Origin: Octopus vulgaris
Taxonomy: Eukaryota
Reading direction: 5' to 3'
Assembly (NCBI GenBank): GCA_951406725.2
Contig: OX597818.1
Coordinates: 118,730,001-118,794,000, forward strand
Length of the DNA stretch: 64,000 nt
The notes beneath the pieces are model-generated. The model did not search any database, had not been told where the DNA came from, and worked only from the letters and a program-made list of their open reading frames with translations. A program made the translations under genes and the position numbers. Shown one piece after another: positions 26,470 through 40,049 of the stretch. How positions within the stretch are numbered: position 1 is the stretch's first letter; each line of letters starts with the position of its first letter.

Positions 26470-26865
26470 TCTTTTGACTCATTTAATCATTATAATGCGG
26501 CCATAGAGGAACTATACCTTGAAAAATTTTTATCGATTTAACCAAACCCTTGTACTTACTTTTTGTAATGCCTGGTACTTATTTTATCTGTTCGCTTTTG
26601 ACGAGCCACTAAGTTACTGGAAAAAAAAAAGCATATCAACGTCGGTTTTCCAGAGGTGGTGGGACACAAACACAGACACAGGACAGACACACATATATAC
26701 ATATATTTACGACGGGCTTCTTTCTGTTTCCGTTTACCAAATCCATTCGCTAGGCTTTCATTGCTCCGAGGTTATAATAGAAAATACTTTCCCACGGTGC
26801 TAAGCAGTGGAACTGAACCTTGAAACACGTGGTTGAGAAACAAGCTTCTTACCACACAGCCACAC
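26470..26865 (-). mobile_element. Degenerate SINE family A
   Basis: tgcggccat...acgacgggcttcttt...caaatcca...cagtggaactgaacc...cttaccacacagccac. Confidence 0.75.
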
Positions 26866-27371
26866 CAGTTATATTTCTTTTTACATTCAGGTTTGGTCTT
26901 TGAAAATGTCTTCTTAATGCGATTATCAAATCGAAGTGTAGTGCAACAGGACCGAACGTTAAATCGACGGGCAAAATAACTGATGCCATTTTTCAGGTGT
27001 TTAAATCTGAGTTTAAATCGCGTCGACTCAGCTTTGTTTTATGATACGAAGGTTGGTAAAATACAGTACTAGTCCAATTCTGCAGTTAATATAATTGGCT
27101 GCCATCCCTCCAACCACATTTCAGGCCTTTTTGTTATGTTAGAGACAGCTATGATATACGGTGAAAATATTCCAACTAACCTGTTTTATTGAGTTTTTTC
27201 GGTAATAAAGAATGCAGTGTCCATGACCCGTCATGTACCCCGCAACACTGGTCCGAGTGAATAGAAATGATACCTACAAATCATACATCTGAATATTTGC
27301 ATCAAAGTGGACTCTGCTAAAGTTATTCAATCTTTCAGGTACGACGGATTCGGGTTACTGTCCAAGGAACG

Positions 27372-28655
27372 TATGCTGTTCTGCTGAAAAGTTCATAAGC
27401 TGATCAAGACAGTCACACGGAATGTGACGAATTGAGGTATATTTTTCAACATAGTCCACTTTGCTGTCCACGCAGTTTTTCCATCGGTGGTACAGTGCTT
27501 GGAGCCCATTAGGGAAGAAACCTTCATCATGTTGATTAAAAAATAATCAACGGCAAGCATGGCATTATCTTCACCGTGCTACTGGTTCTCAGCCAACTGT
27601 TTTATTTTTCATATTGGGGAACAGATAATGGTCAGATGAGTCCACATCAAAAGAATAGGAAGGCTGAGCAGCCAGTTTAAAGCCACAGTCACGTACAGTA
27701 GCCATTTAGACGGAAGCTTTGTGTGCTGGAGCATTGGGCTGATGAAACGACACTTTTCATCAGCTTTCATGGGTATTTGATCTTTCGTAACTGCTTAAGC
27801 AAGTTGACATAGTACTCTCCATTGATGGTGTATTCCTTCTGAATATAGTCAATAAACAATGCTTTTCACATCCAAAAAACTGAGGCCATCACCCTTCCTG
27901 CAGAAGAAACGACGTTGGCCTTCTTTGAAACAGATGAGGAAGGGTGTACCCATTATATGGATTGTCTCTTTGTTTCTGTCTGAAAGTTATAAGCCCCAAA
28001 ACTCATCGTGTATTAGCAAACGTCCAAGGACACTAACTGTATCTGCCTCAAATAATGTCAGATTTTCCTGTGATGTTATCAGCCTGGTACTCTTCTGATC
28101 AGCTGTGACAAGACGAGGCGGCCACCGAGCGGACACTTTTGTTATGCCAAGTTCATTGTGCAGGATACTCTCAACTTTCTCACAGGATATGTCAGTAGCA
28201 CTAGCTACTTGATTTATAGTCAATCGCCAGTCATCCATTACTATGTGGTGAAGATGATCCATGTTTTCCTTGGTGGTGCCGGTAGCAGGACGCTCAGACC
28301 TTAGGTCATCTTCAAAATTCATAATTCCCCTCTTAAATTCAGCTGCCCAACTTTGCACTGTTGATACAGCTGGAGCGTCATCCCCTTATATAATAACCAC
28401 CATGTCAGTATAAATATCGCTGAGGACTAATCTGCAGGTACTTGGTAACACCACGATACCAAATTTTATCCATTTTGAAGAGAAGCCGCTTCTAGTTACA
28501 TTTGAAGTCTTCTTTGAACAATCAGATATCCGTTTAGGTGGAAGGAAACAACTCAGTTATTAATAAGAAGGGTTGAAATTAATGCATGCAAGTTTTCACA
28601 GCTCTAGCATCTCTCGTTCACAGTCAGGCTAGGACCTCTTCAGCTCACCCTCGTA
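27372..28655 (-). mobile_element. Full-length (~1.28 kb) decayed mariner transposon
   Basis: Transposase fragment 27987-28358 (W..EFKRG...EDDLRSERP; KVSARWPPRL = WVPR motif; DEFW); imperfect TIRs ta..tgctgaaaagttc / cctcttcagctcaccctcgta with TA ends. Confidence 0.88.
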
Positions 28656-29404
28656 GGATGAGAATTGAACTAGAAACGCAAAGACCTGGCGTGGAGAGGT
28701 ATTTTTTATAAATTCATAAAAGGCAAGGATCTCTACGGCGGAGTTTTGAACTCATTTCACAGAAATAAATTGAAAGATTGTGTCTAACGCTCTAGTGATT
28801 CTGCCAGTCCGAGTTTAGCGATAATGCTCTCAAGACCCAACATCAAATCTGACCTATGAACAAACATGTTGCAGTCTTGACCAAACCACCCTTTTGTATG
28901 GCCAAAACGCCGTCATCTAATATGTTCTTCCTTTTAAGAGAGTGGGAAGATAGCATTAGGAAGACTAGTTGTTGTTTCTAGCATGTTAAACGAACACAAA
29001 GTGATTCCTTATATATGTTTACTAGAGATGTTTTACATTTCATTTCTTTTTTCCCCCGTTTAATGATCTTGAGGACTGTATTATGTCGTCGTAGCTTGTT
29101 GTTTGTATATTTTTATAGATATCTAAGAATGATATATTTAATTGATGTTAAATATTTATCTGATGTATTTGTTATTTTCTTTCATTTCTTTTTAATTCAG
29201 CTTTGCCACAACGATTTCGTTCTGCTGTTATTTGGGGAATATAAATGAATGTATATATATGGAAATATTATTTTACACTGTTCTTGTAGCCATGGTTACT
29301 TGTACTTTTAACTATTGCAGTATCACTTGTTTGCCATTCCTCGATATACATATGTACATACATACATATATATATATACATATATATATCTATATATCTA
29401 TATA

Positions 29405-29453
<49 letters not shown>

Positions 29454-29474
29454 GGGATATATATATATATAGAT

Positions 29475-29510
<36 letters not shown>

Positions 29511-29614
29511 CTACATAGATAGTTACACACATACACACATGCATATATATGTATATACAAATATATCTATCCATCTATATATCTATCTATCTATCTCTCT
29601 CTATATATATAACT

Positions 29615-29657
<43 letters not shown>

Positions 29658-29680
29658 AATATATACATATCCATATATAT

Positions 29681-30066
29681 CTGACAGAAACGAATTATAT
29701 CCGTTCCATTTACATTTTGCTAATTTGGCCTTAAAGAAGATTCTCTGTTAAATGCATTTGTCCTCCCCAATACGGATATTATTAGAGTTGTCGTATATAT
29801 TCTATCTAGATGTTTAACGCGCCACAATCAATATGAAAGATGCTTCCGTACACCGTATACCAACGTTTGCGACTGGTTCTTACTTAAGTGTGTCAAAAAT
29901 GATTTGAAATTAGGAACTTGCCGTATTATTGTTACTGGTTGCATAAGTTTGAAGATAACTGAGTAAATACGAAACAACAAAGCAGAAATAAGGATAAACC
30001 AAGTGACAAGTGAGTATAATACGCCAGGGATTTTTAGGGGGCTGTACCTCTGAAAAACCTAAACCT

Positions 30067-30105
<39 letters not shown>

Positions 30106-30238
30106 TTTTTTGTGTGTTCTTTTGGATTGCTCCTTGTATGGACGATTACGACTTCCTGTGGCTGACTTTAACAGAGAATCTTCTTTAAGGCCAAATTAGC
30201 AAAATGTAAATGGAACGGATATAGTTCGTTTCTGTCAG
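29681..30238. repeat. 72-bp near-perfect inverted repeat (29681-29752 / 30167-30238) around a 414-bp spacer
   Basis: ctgacagaaacgaattatatccgttcc...ttctctgttaaa versus its reverse complement; 1 mismatch by eye. Confidence 0.9.
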
Positions 30239-30554
30239 TCTTCATCAATGTATTTTTACCATATATCGAAACACCAATATCGAAGAATAACTTACACCAG
30301 GGAGCTATGTGCGTTGTGAACATATTGCCGTTGTAGAAAAGAAGTTATTCTCTCGTGACGTACACAACAGCGACTAACATATTTTGTGCTCGAATCTGTC
30401 TGAACGTATGAAGAATAAATATGCAAATCAATTTTCTTGGATCCCATTACATAGAGAGCAATTAGCGGCATTTATATTTAACTCACTTGGCAAGACAAAA
30501 AATGAAAACAGGATGAAATCAAGGAAAGATGAACTCGCCATACAGTCAACTAAT

Positions 30555-31062
30555 TACCGTAAATCCTTGAGTATAGTCCGCCCTTGAGTATAATACGCAA
30601 GCGATTTTTAGGGGGCTGTACCTCTGAAAAACTTAAACCTTGTGTATAATACGCACCTCTTTTTTAACTTGAGTCAAGAAGGTCTATATAACATCCTTGC
30701 TTTGTAAAAATTTATACGGTAACGTCCATTATTATTATAATTGTATATATAACATAATGCAAACGTGTAGCTTTTTTGTGCATTTTGTTTGCAGAAAATA
30801 AAGAAATAACAGTAATAACGTTTAATAAATGTTGCTTACTGCAAGTTATGGATGATTCTTTTATGACTTCATTGCTTTCAGGCTTAGCTTAAGGTATTTT
30901 TGCGCCCGGCATCACAAAATGCGTCTGAATAAACATTGCCGGACAGCAAATAGAGACTCGGACATTGCTTAGAAGATATTTTTCATTTTTAACCTCGTAT
31001 ATAGTACGCATTAGGGATTTTGACCTTTAAATTTTGGGAAAAATACTCGAGGATTTACGGTA
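30555..31062. mobile_element. Tc1/mariner-superfamily (Tc2/pogo-like) MITE
   Basis: TIRs TA-ccgtaaatccttgagtat / atactcgaggatttacgg-TA; internal fragment also at 30011-30072. Confidence 0.8.
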
Positions 31063-31350
31063 TTTACACAGCGGATTCATTTATGGTAATATCAGATATA
31101 CCTGTATAAATGTAAATGACCGAGTCATTAACTGTTAAGTGTTATGACCACAGATTGAGCTTACAGTGCTTCTGTAAAATGTTGACGTTATTTATCTCAG
31201 GGGTGTGATGAAAAGAATACTGCCATCGCCATCCTCTTTTGGGAGTATAAAGAACAACGTTGTATAATGTGTCATTTCCTTAAGTTAGCAACGTGTGATT
31301 TGAGGCAATCAGTTGCCTGCTCTCTCAGCTTGATCTAGCTGTTGGTGTTG

Positions 31351-31718
31351 TTGTTGCTGTTGCTGTTGCGCGAAGCGGTCTTCGTCCTAGCGGTCGCAGT
31401 GGGAGAAGTCCGAATCGTGGCCCTTTGCTATTCGTAAGACCCGTAGAAGAGAAAGCAGGTCAACCCCCGACACCGAGAGCATCGACGGATGGATGAATGC
31501 GCATCCAAGCTCAGCAGTTGCGTAGGAGTCGGGGACAAGAAACAGGAAGAAAGAGTAAGAGAAAGTTGGGGCGAAAGAGTACAACAGGGGTCGCCACCAC
31601 CTCCTGCCGGAGCTTCGTGGAGCTTTAGGTGTTTTCGCTCAATAAACACACATAACGCCCGGTCTGGGAATGGAAACCACGATCCTCCAACCGCGAGTCC
31701 GCTGCCCTAACCAGTGGG
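31351..31718 (-). mobile_element. SINE family C head with a different tail (type Y), 14-bp TSD
   Basis: TSD agctgttggtgttg at 31337-31350 and 31719-31732; (caa/cag)n tail; head nearly identical to 8455-8637. Confidence 0.9.
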
Positions 31719-32466
31719 AGCTGTTGGTGTTGCCACCAACGCGAACTGTTGACTTGACTATTAGCAATTGAGTACCCGAGCTAATGCACTACCTGCATTC
31801 ACTAACTAAATAATTATGTTAGAACCAATGTAGCGTTGTATGTAGGTTTCCTCAGACTAGATTGAGTTAGTGAAATATAGTGAAGAATGGTAATCTGATT
31901 CCATCACAGATTCAGATAGCTATTATTTATACGCTTTACACTGTCTATGACATATGTCACGGAAATATCAAGATTTATTGTACTGGGTATGAAATTCATT
32001 TAGTTTATTGCAATGAAGCATTAAACCATCACTTCTGTATTGGCTAGAAGTGCTTCACTTAGAAATCCGGTCAATAAACATGTAGAAATATTATTGTGTA
32101 TCCTGTACAGGGATTTAACTGGATAAAACTTCCCCTCGTGATTGGACCGCTTTTATATATCTTATAATATTTTATTGTAAAGTGACGTATATTTTCATAC
32201 AGAGAATACTGATAAATTGAGACGATACTGTATTCACACACGACATATCTCTGATGCATGTTACGTCTGGAGCACTCTAGTTTATTAATAAGTACTTCGA
32301 TTCAAATTCCTGTAGACTCGGTTCGAGCTCGCTACATGTTCGGTTTTCTCCATTAACATCTCGTTAGCCCGATCCTTGTTAGTGAAATTGTGTTGAAGTG
32401 CGGATATGGAAATTATGGAAATCATGCGAGAGCCGTTCAATAAAATGCACTAGTAATTTAAAATGC

Positions 32467-32800
32467 TGAGACCCCCTTCGGTCATGACTGATAGTGGGAT
32501 TGCACCTAGAAAGTTACCCTCCCAGGCACAAGTCCGAGCAAGGTTATTTATGGAAGACCAGCTGTCGCCCATGCATACCGACCTCCCCTCACCACGCCAC
32601 CAGTGTTATCGAAGGGAAAGGCAAAGGCCGATACAGCTTGGCACCTGTGACGTCACAACTCAATTCTACAGCTGAGTGAACTGGAGCAACGTGAAATAAA
32701 GTGTCTTGCTCAAGAATACAACACGCAGCCTGGTCCGGGATTCGAACTCACAACCTCATGATCGTAAGCTCAACGCTCTAACCACCGAGCCATGCGCCTT
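32467..32800 (-). mobile_element. SINE family D head with tail type W
   Basis: ctggagcaacgtgaaataaagtgtcttgctcaag...gattcgaactcacaacc...ctaaccaccgagccatgcgcct. Confidence 0.8.
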
Positions 32801-32879
32801 CACACTGGTAATTTAAAAGAACCAGAATTGAGACTAATAATGCAGATACCGAAATTTCTGCAACCCACGCATTTAATAA

Positions 32880-32889
32880 TGATGTTGCA

Positions 32890-32962
<73 letters not shown>

Positions 32963-32997
32963 AAAATGATGGTGATCATGATGATGATCATGATGAT
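32880..32997. repeat. (GAT)n microsatellite
   Basis: Direct reading; produces the poly-Met/poly-Ile ORFs. Confidence 0.95.
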
Positions 32998-34339
32998 ATT
33001 TTTGCCATATTTACAACTATGTGTTATTCTGAAAATCGAAACTACTGCCATATCTCGCACGAAATTTCAAGAGTAAACACCAGCTCGATCTAAATGCAAC
33101 ATTAAACAATAATACACAAGCTAACTGCAATTATATATATTATCAAAGTAAAATAAATATCAAAAATCAATAAAGAACACTAAAATGAAGGAATACATAG
33201 AGAAAATTCAAATAAAGAACACAAGAGAATAAACCATCAAAATAGAATGGCGAAACCATATTTTTGACAGATTTCAATACAATGAAAAATGCGTGCAAAA
33301 TTATTGAAATTTATATTGTTATCCTCTTTGTACAAGTATACTGCATTCGCTCACGATGTGGATAATGTTTTCAGGTTTAACACCATGTCTACCTAAGTGT
33401 GACTCGAAGTCCTATTGACTTGATATTCCATATATCTTCTAAAAGCTTCTTGTGTTGAGCCGATTAATGCTTCACCTCCATCTTCTAATTCTTACTTTCG
33501 CATCCACTGTCATCTAACTAACAAATCCATTCAGTTACTCATAATTCTGCCATACCACCTATTTCTTGTTTTTCTATTATCGCTCTATTTTTCTCTATTA
33601 ATAGTTCCTTATAACCCTGCATATCAATGCAGTCTTCATTCTTCTTGACATTAAAGACACATTAACAATAAACAGTACTGAACTGTTAGTTACATACAAT
33701 CCCATCACACTGTTTTCATCCCACAATCACCCTGAGCACTTAAAACCTATCAATGTTACTTATTGGTTGTGACAACCCATGAATTCAACAAGTTTCCTAT
33801 CTTTCAGTTTAACTTCAGACTCCGTTCTATATTACTTTTAATGACAGTCCAATAATTTTTTCTTAATATATTCTTGTTTCTTCTATTGACTTTCGACTTC
33901 AAGATCAATTTTAAGTTTTCTCGTAATATTTTTTCTAGATGAATACTTTTTATGTATTTTATTATTTTGTAGCGAGGCATTGTTACATAATTAGATGAAA
34001 ACCATTTTATCATATTTTTATTAAAAAGTATGCTGCATCTCATCCTGAATGAAATTTCTGTTATTATTGATTAGCGGGCCCATTGGAAATTTTAACGGAA
34101 AGAAAAAGATTAAGAGAAACTATTTAAGAAAGAAAGGGCGATTTACATTTTTATTTCGTATAAATATTATTTTTGTCTTTGCAATAAATGATACAAAGAT
34201 ATATATTAACAATCTATGCAATACGTAATACAAATATCATTCGTAAATATGTAATACCCTTTAAGCTGTAAGATCAATATAGCTTTTCCTTTTTTAAAGC
34301 ATTCGCTTGTTACAAGGTCTTTAGAGCACTGAATACGTA

Positions 34340-34915
34340 AGAGATACTAGAAGAAAAAAGGAAGATAGACAGAAGTCAATCGGTGAGGACGTATATTTGA
34401 CTTAAATGACTGGAGATCATATTGAAGAGAACAAGACTCTGGAAGGGAAATCCAAAATTCAGAGGTGCGAGGGAAGAAACTGGTACTCTAAAGTACTTTA
34501 CGACACTCAGGAGGTAGCTCAGTACATTGTTGAGAACTTGATGCAAGACTAGTTGCTCGCTGATAAGTTGTTTTTTTTTTAAGGAGGAAACAGAGAAGAG
34601 AGCTCGGCTGAACAAAGTCCATGAAAATAGTTGTAGAAAAGAGACAAAGAAGCCACACGACGATGATGAGTGAATGAATTCAGTTTAGAGAAGATAGATC
34701 AGGACCAATAGCTTTACGAATACGGCGTTGAATGCGGTCCAACAGAGTTAAACAATCCATAGGAACACCTGCCCATATGTTGTAACAGTGCTCAATGGAC
34801 GGGCGAATGGTGGACCTATAAACATAAAGAATAGTCTCGGGAGTGAGATAACCCATCGAACGAAGGAGTGAGCCTACGTTCATTGCAGCCGATTTGGCAA
34901 ATATAATAGCATATT
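34340..34915 (-). mobile_element. LINE RT C-terminal fragment (CR1/Jockey group)
   Basis: ORF 34680-34928: YLTPETILYVYRSTIRPSIEHCYNIWAG...LLDRIQRR. Confidence 0.8.
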
Positions 34916-35122
34916 TCTTATTACGCAATATTACTTTATATTTTGTAAAATTAATGTAGACAAAACGACATAGAGAATATAGACAATGCTATTATTTTCA
35001 TATTTTTTTTCAATTCCATTACAATTTTTAAAAAGTAGCATCCACGTGTTTTGCAAAGTAATTTCACTTCCAGTTACATTAATATACTATGTAACTTTAA
35101 AATTTTCCTCTGCTAAACAATC

Positions 35123-35196
<74 letters not shown>

Positions 35197-35285
35197 CCTC
35201 TCTCATCTCTCTCTCTTTCTCTCTCTCTCACTCTCTTTCGTTCTACTTCTTAAACAAACATCTTAATGTAAATTATTTACATTAG

Positions 35286-35420
35286 TTACATTTGACGGAT
35301 ATTTGTCCTCATCTTGTTTGTTGTTAACATAACTTTTCGGCTGATATACCCTCCAGCCTACTTCAGGTGTCTTGGGGAAATTTCGAACCTAGGTTCTCAT
35401 TCCAAAGGTATTCTTCGATG
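35286..35420 (-). mobile_element. Short element with decayed hammerhead fold (35327-35370)
   Basis: Reverse complement acac-CTGAAGTA-ggctg-gagggtatat-cagcc-GAAAA-GTT-atgt; intact stem II ggctg/cagcc, mutated core. Confidence 0.5.
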
Positions 35421-36184
35421 TTATTGTTGTTGTTGTTGTTCAGGTCACTGCTTGGAATTCTCAGCCCAGAATACTGGGCTTAGAAAGAATAATCCCTGTG
35501 CTTGATTTGTTCGACTAAAGGCGATATTCCAGCATCGCTGCAGTCAAATGACTGAAACGATTAAAAATTAAAGGAATATATATATATATATATATATATA
35601 TACGAACGGTTTTCTCAGTTTCCGTCTCCCAAATCCACTCACAAGGATTTGGTCGACACTAGGCTATAACAGAATACATTTAACCAAGGTGCCACGCAGT
35701 AGGTATTGAACCTGAACATATGCGGCAGAGAAACAAGATCCTTAACACACATCTTCGCCAACACATAATAAAAAAGTATGAAAACATAATCACAATAGAA
35801 TCAGTTAAGTCAAACCTCAGGGCAAGATCTGACAAGATCGATAAGGATTAAAAGTAGCGACGATGTAAGATCAATAACTATGCATTAAGAATGCCATCTA
35901 CCCACGCTCTAAACAGTCGAAGATAATCAATTTTGATTGCCCCGCTTTTAAAACGATATTAAGAAGACAACCCGAGTAGCAATACTATAAGTGACTAGAT
36001 TTGCGAGGCAACTGAATAAATCTAGGTTTGATTGGTTAAGACGTAAATAATTTTTTTGCAAAAAGGTCATCAACTTGCAAATCGAGATATTATTGAAAGA
36101 GAAAAAATTACAAAATGAAGATACTGAATGATTACTGAAATATTCAAAAGTAAACCCGAATCTCTTATGTAATGAAGATGACAG

Positions 36185-36229
<45 letters not shown>

Positions 36230-36281
36230 TATAGATATATACATATATATATGCATAAATATGTGTGTGTGAGAGAGAGAG

Positions 36282-36403
<122 letters not shown>

Positions 36404-36465
36404 TAGATATATACATATACATATATGTGTGTGTGACAGAGAGAGAGTATGTATATATATATATT

Positions 36466-37627
36466 TTACCCCTCTGCGAAAAGATCTCAGAATTTTAATT
36501 GATTTGCTTTTCGCAGGAAGGAATTTTTCATTCGAAGTATACGTCTCGCTTTTATCCTTCGAAACGTTTAGTAGATGAAACTTTAGCGACTGAAGAAGGG
36601 GATTTTTCGTTGTGCTTATTGTCCTGTATCTCTCTTTTTTTTGCCTGTCTTGTTCCTTGGTTTGTGTCTATGTTTTTCGTCTCTCTATGTGTTCGACGTC
36701 TTTTTGGTGTCCTGTACACATATATGCGTGTATATGTACATGTAGAGGTAGGTACGTACATATATGTTTATATATATGCATATATTTTATTAACATATTA
36801 TACGACTAAACACACGCACCCTATTAAGCAAGATTGTTCTGTTTATCAAGTTCGCCTTGATATTAACTCTCACGCGACTCTGCATCTTTCTTTCTTTCTC
36901 TCCCATTCCCTTTTTCGTCTTTTTTCCCTCACTTAACTTGTCTCTTCCTCTCTCTCTCCCCCTCACTGTTCTTCATGGTCTCCTCGCACCATTCCCCTTC
37001 TTCTCTCTCTTCCTCTTGCTCCTCCTCCCCCATTCCCGTCGTCCATCTGCGACGTTACTTCCGTCGTAACTGCTATCCTGTCCTTTCTCGCCCGCCTTCT
37101 AAGGCCACTGGTCGACATCTTCCTCTCTCGTCGTCCACTATAATCCAGCGTTTGCAATACTTTTTTCGTCTGGCGTTAACAGCCCTTCTTATCTTGTTCT
37201 CCTTGTCCTGTCTCTCACTGTTATATATTTATTTTTCCACTGTTTATATATATATTTTTTACTGTTTATATGTTTGTACTGTCGTTACCGTCTTGCTTTT
37301 GTTACCCCTCTGCGAAAAGATCTCAGAATTTTAATTGATTTGCTTTTCGCAGGAAGGAATTTTTCATTCGAAGTATACGTCTCGCTTTTATCCTTCGAAA
37401 CGTTTGGTAGATGAAACTTTAGCGACTGAAGAAGGGGATTTTTCGTTGTGCTTATTGTCCTGTATCTCTCTTTTTTTTGCCTGTCTTGTTCCTTGGTTTG
37501 TGTCTATGTTTTTCGTCTCTCTATGTGTTCGACGTCTTTTTGGTGTCCTGTACACATATATGCGTGTATATGTACATGTAGAGGTAGGTACGTACATATA
37601 TGTTTATATATATGCATATATTTTATT

Positions 37628-37634
<7 letters not shown>
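36466..37634. mobile_element. Element with 333-bp terminal direct repeats (36466-36798, 37302-37634), pseudo-LTR-like, in (TA)n
   Basis: Repeats offset by exactly 836 bp with one visible substitution (gtttagtag/gtttggtag); no TG..CA ends; pyrimidine-rich non-coding middle; layout resembles PLE partial tandem repeats. Confidence 0.65.
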
Positions 37635-37665
<31 letters not shown>

Positions 37666-37666
37666 T

Positions 37667-37750
<84 letters not shown>

Positions 37751-37908
37751 ATTATAGAACACCACCTTTTATCAATTCAAAAGAAACAATTAAATTACAC
37801 CATCTAGAAAATTACCTACAATAGAAATATTAAAAATAAAATAACAATAATATACCGATGATTAAGTAAATTGCAAAATAATAATAAAAACGTATATATT
37901 TGGTAGAA

Positions 37909-38015
37909 TAACGACACGTGTTTCGTGGCTATATTTAAGAAATGATTATAGTAAAAAAAAAAATAATAATAATTGTAATATCACTTCGATATAAATATAG
38001 TCACTCATCAGGTTA
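37909..38015 (-). ncRNA. Type-I hammerhead ribozyme with extended stem II, within a ~310-bp element (37750-38060) between microsatellites
   Basis: Reverse complement taac-CTGATGA-gtgactatattta...taaatatagccac-GAAAC-acgt-GTC-gtta: canonical core, GUC site, palindromic ACACGTGT stem III. Confidence 0.8.
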
Positions 38016-38369
38016 AAAATAAACTAGAATAATACAATAATTAATACTGCAAGAAGAGTGAATATATATATATATATATATATATATGCTGGCAGGGAGG
38101 TAACTACCCCACGACCGTGTCGACGGTTAACCAGACTAGTCATAGATTCGTCTGTTCCTTTGACATTGTCAGTGGTGACTAATCGAAAGGATCATTGGAC
38201 CCAAAATTATGCCGCTGAGAACCAAACTTTTCCCCACACAAACATCTATGTACATAAATAGCAATCAAGATAGATTGTTCTCTCCCTCTCTATCTCTCTC
38301 TCTAACACGTCTTTTTCTCTCTCTCTTTCTCTCGATATATATACATAAATACATATATATTCTATTTTT

Positions 38370-38520
38370 TTACTTGTTTCAGTCCTTTGACTGCGGCCAT
38401 GCTGGAGCACCGCCTTTAGTCGGAGCCGGCCCCAGAACTTATTCTTTGCAAGCCTAGTACTTATTCTATCGGTTTCTTTTTCTGAACCGCTAAGCTGCGG
38501 GGATGTAAATACACCAATAT
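38370..38520 (-). mobile_element. SINE family A 3' fragment
   Basis: acttgtttcagtc-tttgactgcggccatgctggagcaccgcctttagtcg. Confidence 0.8.
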
Positions 38521-38545
38521 CAGACTACCGAATACTTTCCGCTTT

Positions 38546-38579
<34 letters not shown>

Positions 38580-38580
38580 A

Positions 38581-38648
<68 letters not shown>

Positions 38649-38667
38649 TATTATTATTATTATTATT

Positions 38668-39292
38668 CAGTAGTTTTATTTTTATATCGTGCTTTCACTT
38701 CACTACCGAGCGCAGCTCTGTGTGCCTTGGGTATGTGTTGTGGTTTGTTGTGATGCTCTGATGGTTATTGTATGGAAGGTGTTCTGCGTAGGATGTGTGC
38801 AGTTCCTAGTAGTGCAATTTTCTGTATGTTATATGTGTATGTAAGTCCTGGTGTTTTTGTTATGTATTTGTCTGAATATTTTTTTATCATGCCTAATGCA
38901 CCTACTATGATAGGAATTGTTTCTGTTTTCAGATTCCACATTCTGGTTACCTCTATTTCCAGGTCTTTGTATTTTGAAAGTTTCTCCATTTCTTTTAGAG
39001 ACACGTCGTCATCTGCCGGTATTGATACATCAATTAGAAAGCATTTTTTTTCTTCATGATCTATAACAACTATATATGGCCTGTTGGCCTTAATTTCTCT
39101 ATCTGTGTGTATCGGCATATCCCAGAGTATGGTTGCTTTCTCGTTTTCTGTGACCTTTTCTGGTGTGTACCTATACCATCTTTTTTCTGCTGTCATTCCA
39201 TAATGTTGGCATTGCTTCCAATGTATGTAGGTTCCAACTCTGTCATGTCTGTGAATATATTTCTTCTTAGCCAGGACTGGGCAGCTAGAGAT
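38668..39292 (-). mobile_element. R4/Dong-clade retrotransposon, 5'-truncated copy 1 (RLE domain + 3' UTR) in (TAA)n
   Basis: ILWDMPIHTDREIKANRP-IVV...FLIDVSIP...EKLSKYKDL...IPIIVGALG (PD..D-type RLE); 3' end ataaaaataaaactactg followed by (aat)n. Confidence 0.9.
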
Positions 39293-39359
39293 TATTATTA
39301 TTATTATTATGATTATTATTATTATTATTATTATGATTATTATTATTATTATTATTATG

Positions 39360-39422
<63 letters not shown>

Positions 39423-39817
39423 CAGTAGTTTTATTTTTATAGCGTGCTTTCACTTCACTACCGAGCGCAGCTCTGTGCGCCTTGGATGTGTACAGTGCCT
39501 AGTAGTGCCTAGATGTGTGCAGTGCCTAGTAGTGCAATTTTCTGTATGTTATATGTGTTTGTAAGTCCTGGTGTTTTTGTTATGTATTTGTCTGAATATT
39601 TTTTTATCATGCCTAATGCACCTACTATGATAGGAATTGTTTTGTTTTCAGATTCCACATTCTAGTTACCTCTATTTCCAGGTCTTTGTATTTTGAGAGT
39701 TTCTCCATTTCTTTTAGAGCCACGTTGTCATCTGCCGGTATTGATACATCAATTAGAAAGCATTTTTTTCTTCATGATCTCTGACAACTATATCTGGTCT
39801 GTTGGCCTTAATTTCTC

Positions 39818-39820
<3 letters not shown>
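39423..39820 (-). mobile_element. R4/Dong-clade copy 2, shorter 5' truncation, same 3' end
   Basis: Same left boundary cagtagttttatttttat; near-identical to copy 1; flanked by (TTA)n. Confidence 0.9.
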
Positions 39821-39874
<54 letters not shown>

Positions 39875-40002
39875 CATCATCATCGTCATATTCATCGTCA
39901 TCGTCATCGTTATCGTTGGCGTTGTTGTTGTTGTTGTTGTTGTTGTTATTATTATTATTATTATTAATACTATTTCTATTGCTATTACTATTACTATTAC
40001 TA

Positions 40003-40033
<31 letters not shown>

Positions 40034-40049
40034 TATTATTATTATTATT

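Noticed and set aside
33340-33790. Possible APE endonuclease relic on the minus strand (DFESHLGRHGV)
   Set aside because: Single degenerate motif with no continuous frame; left uncalled.
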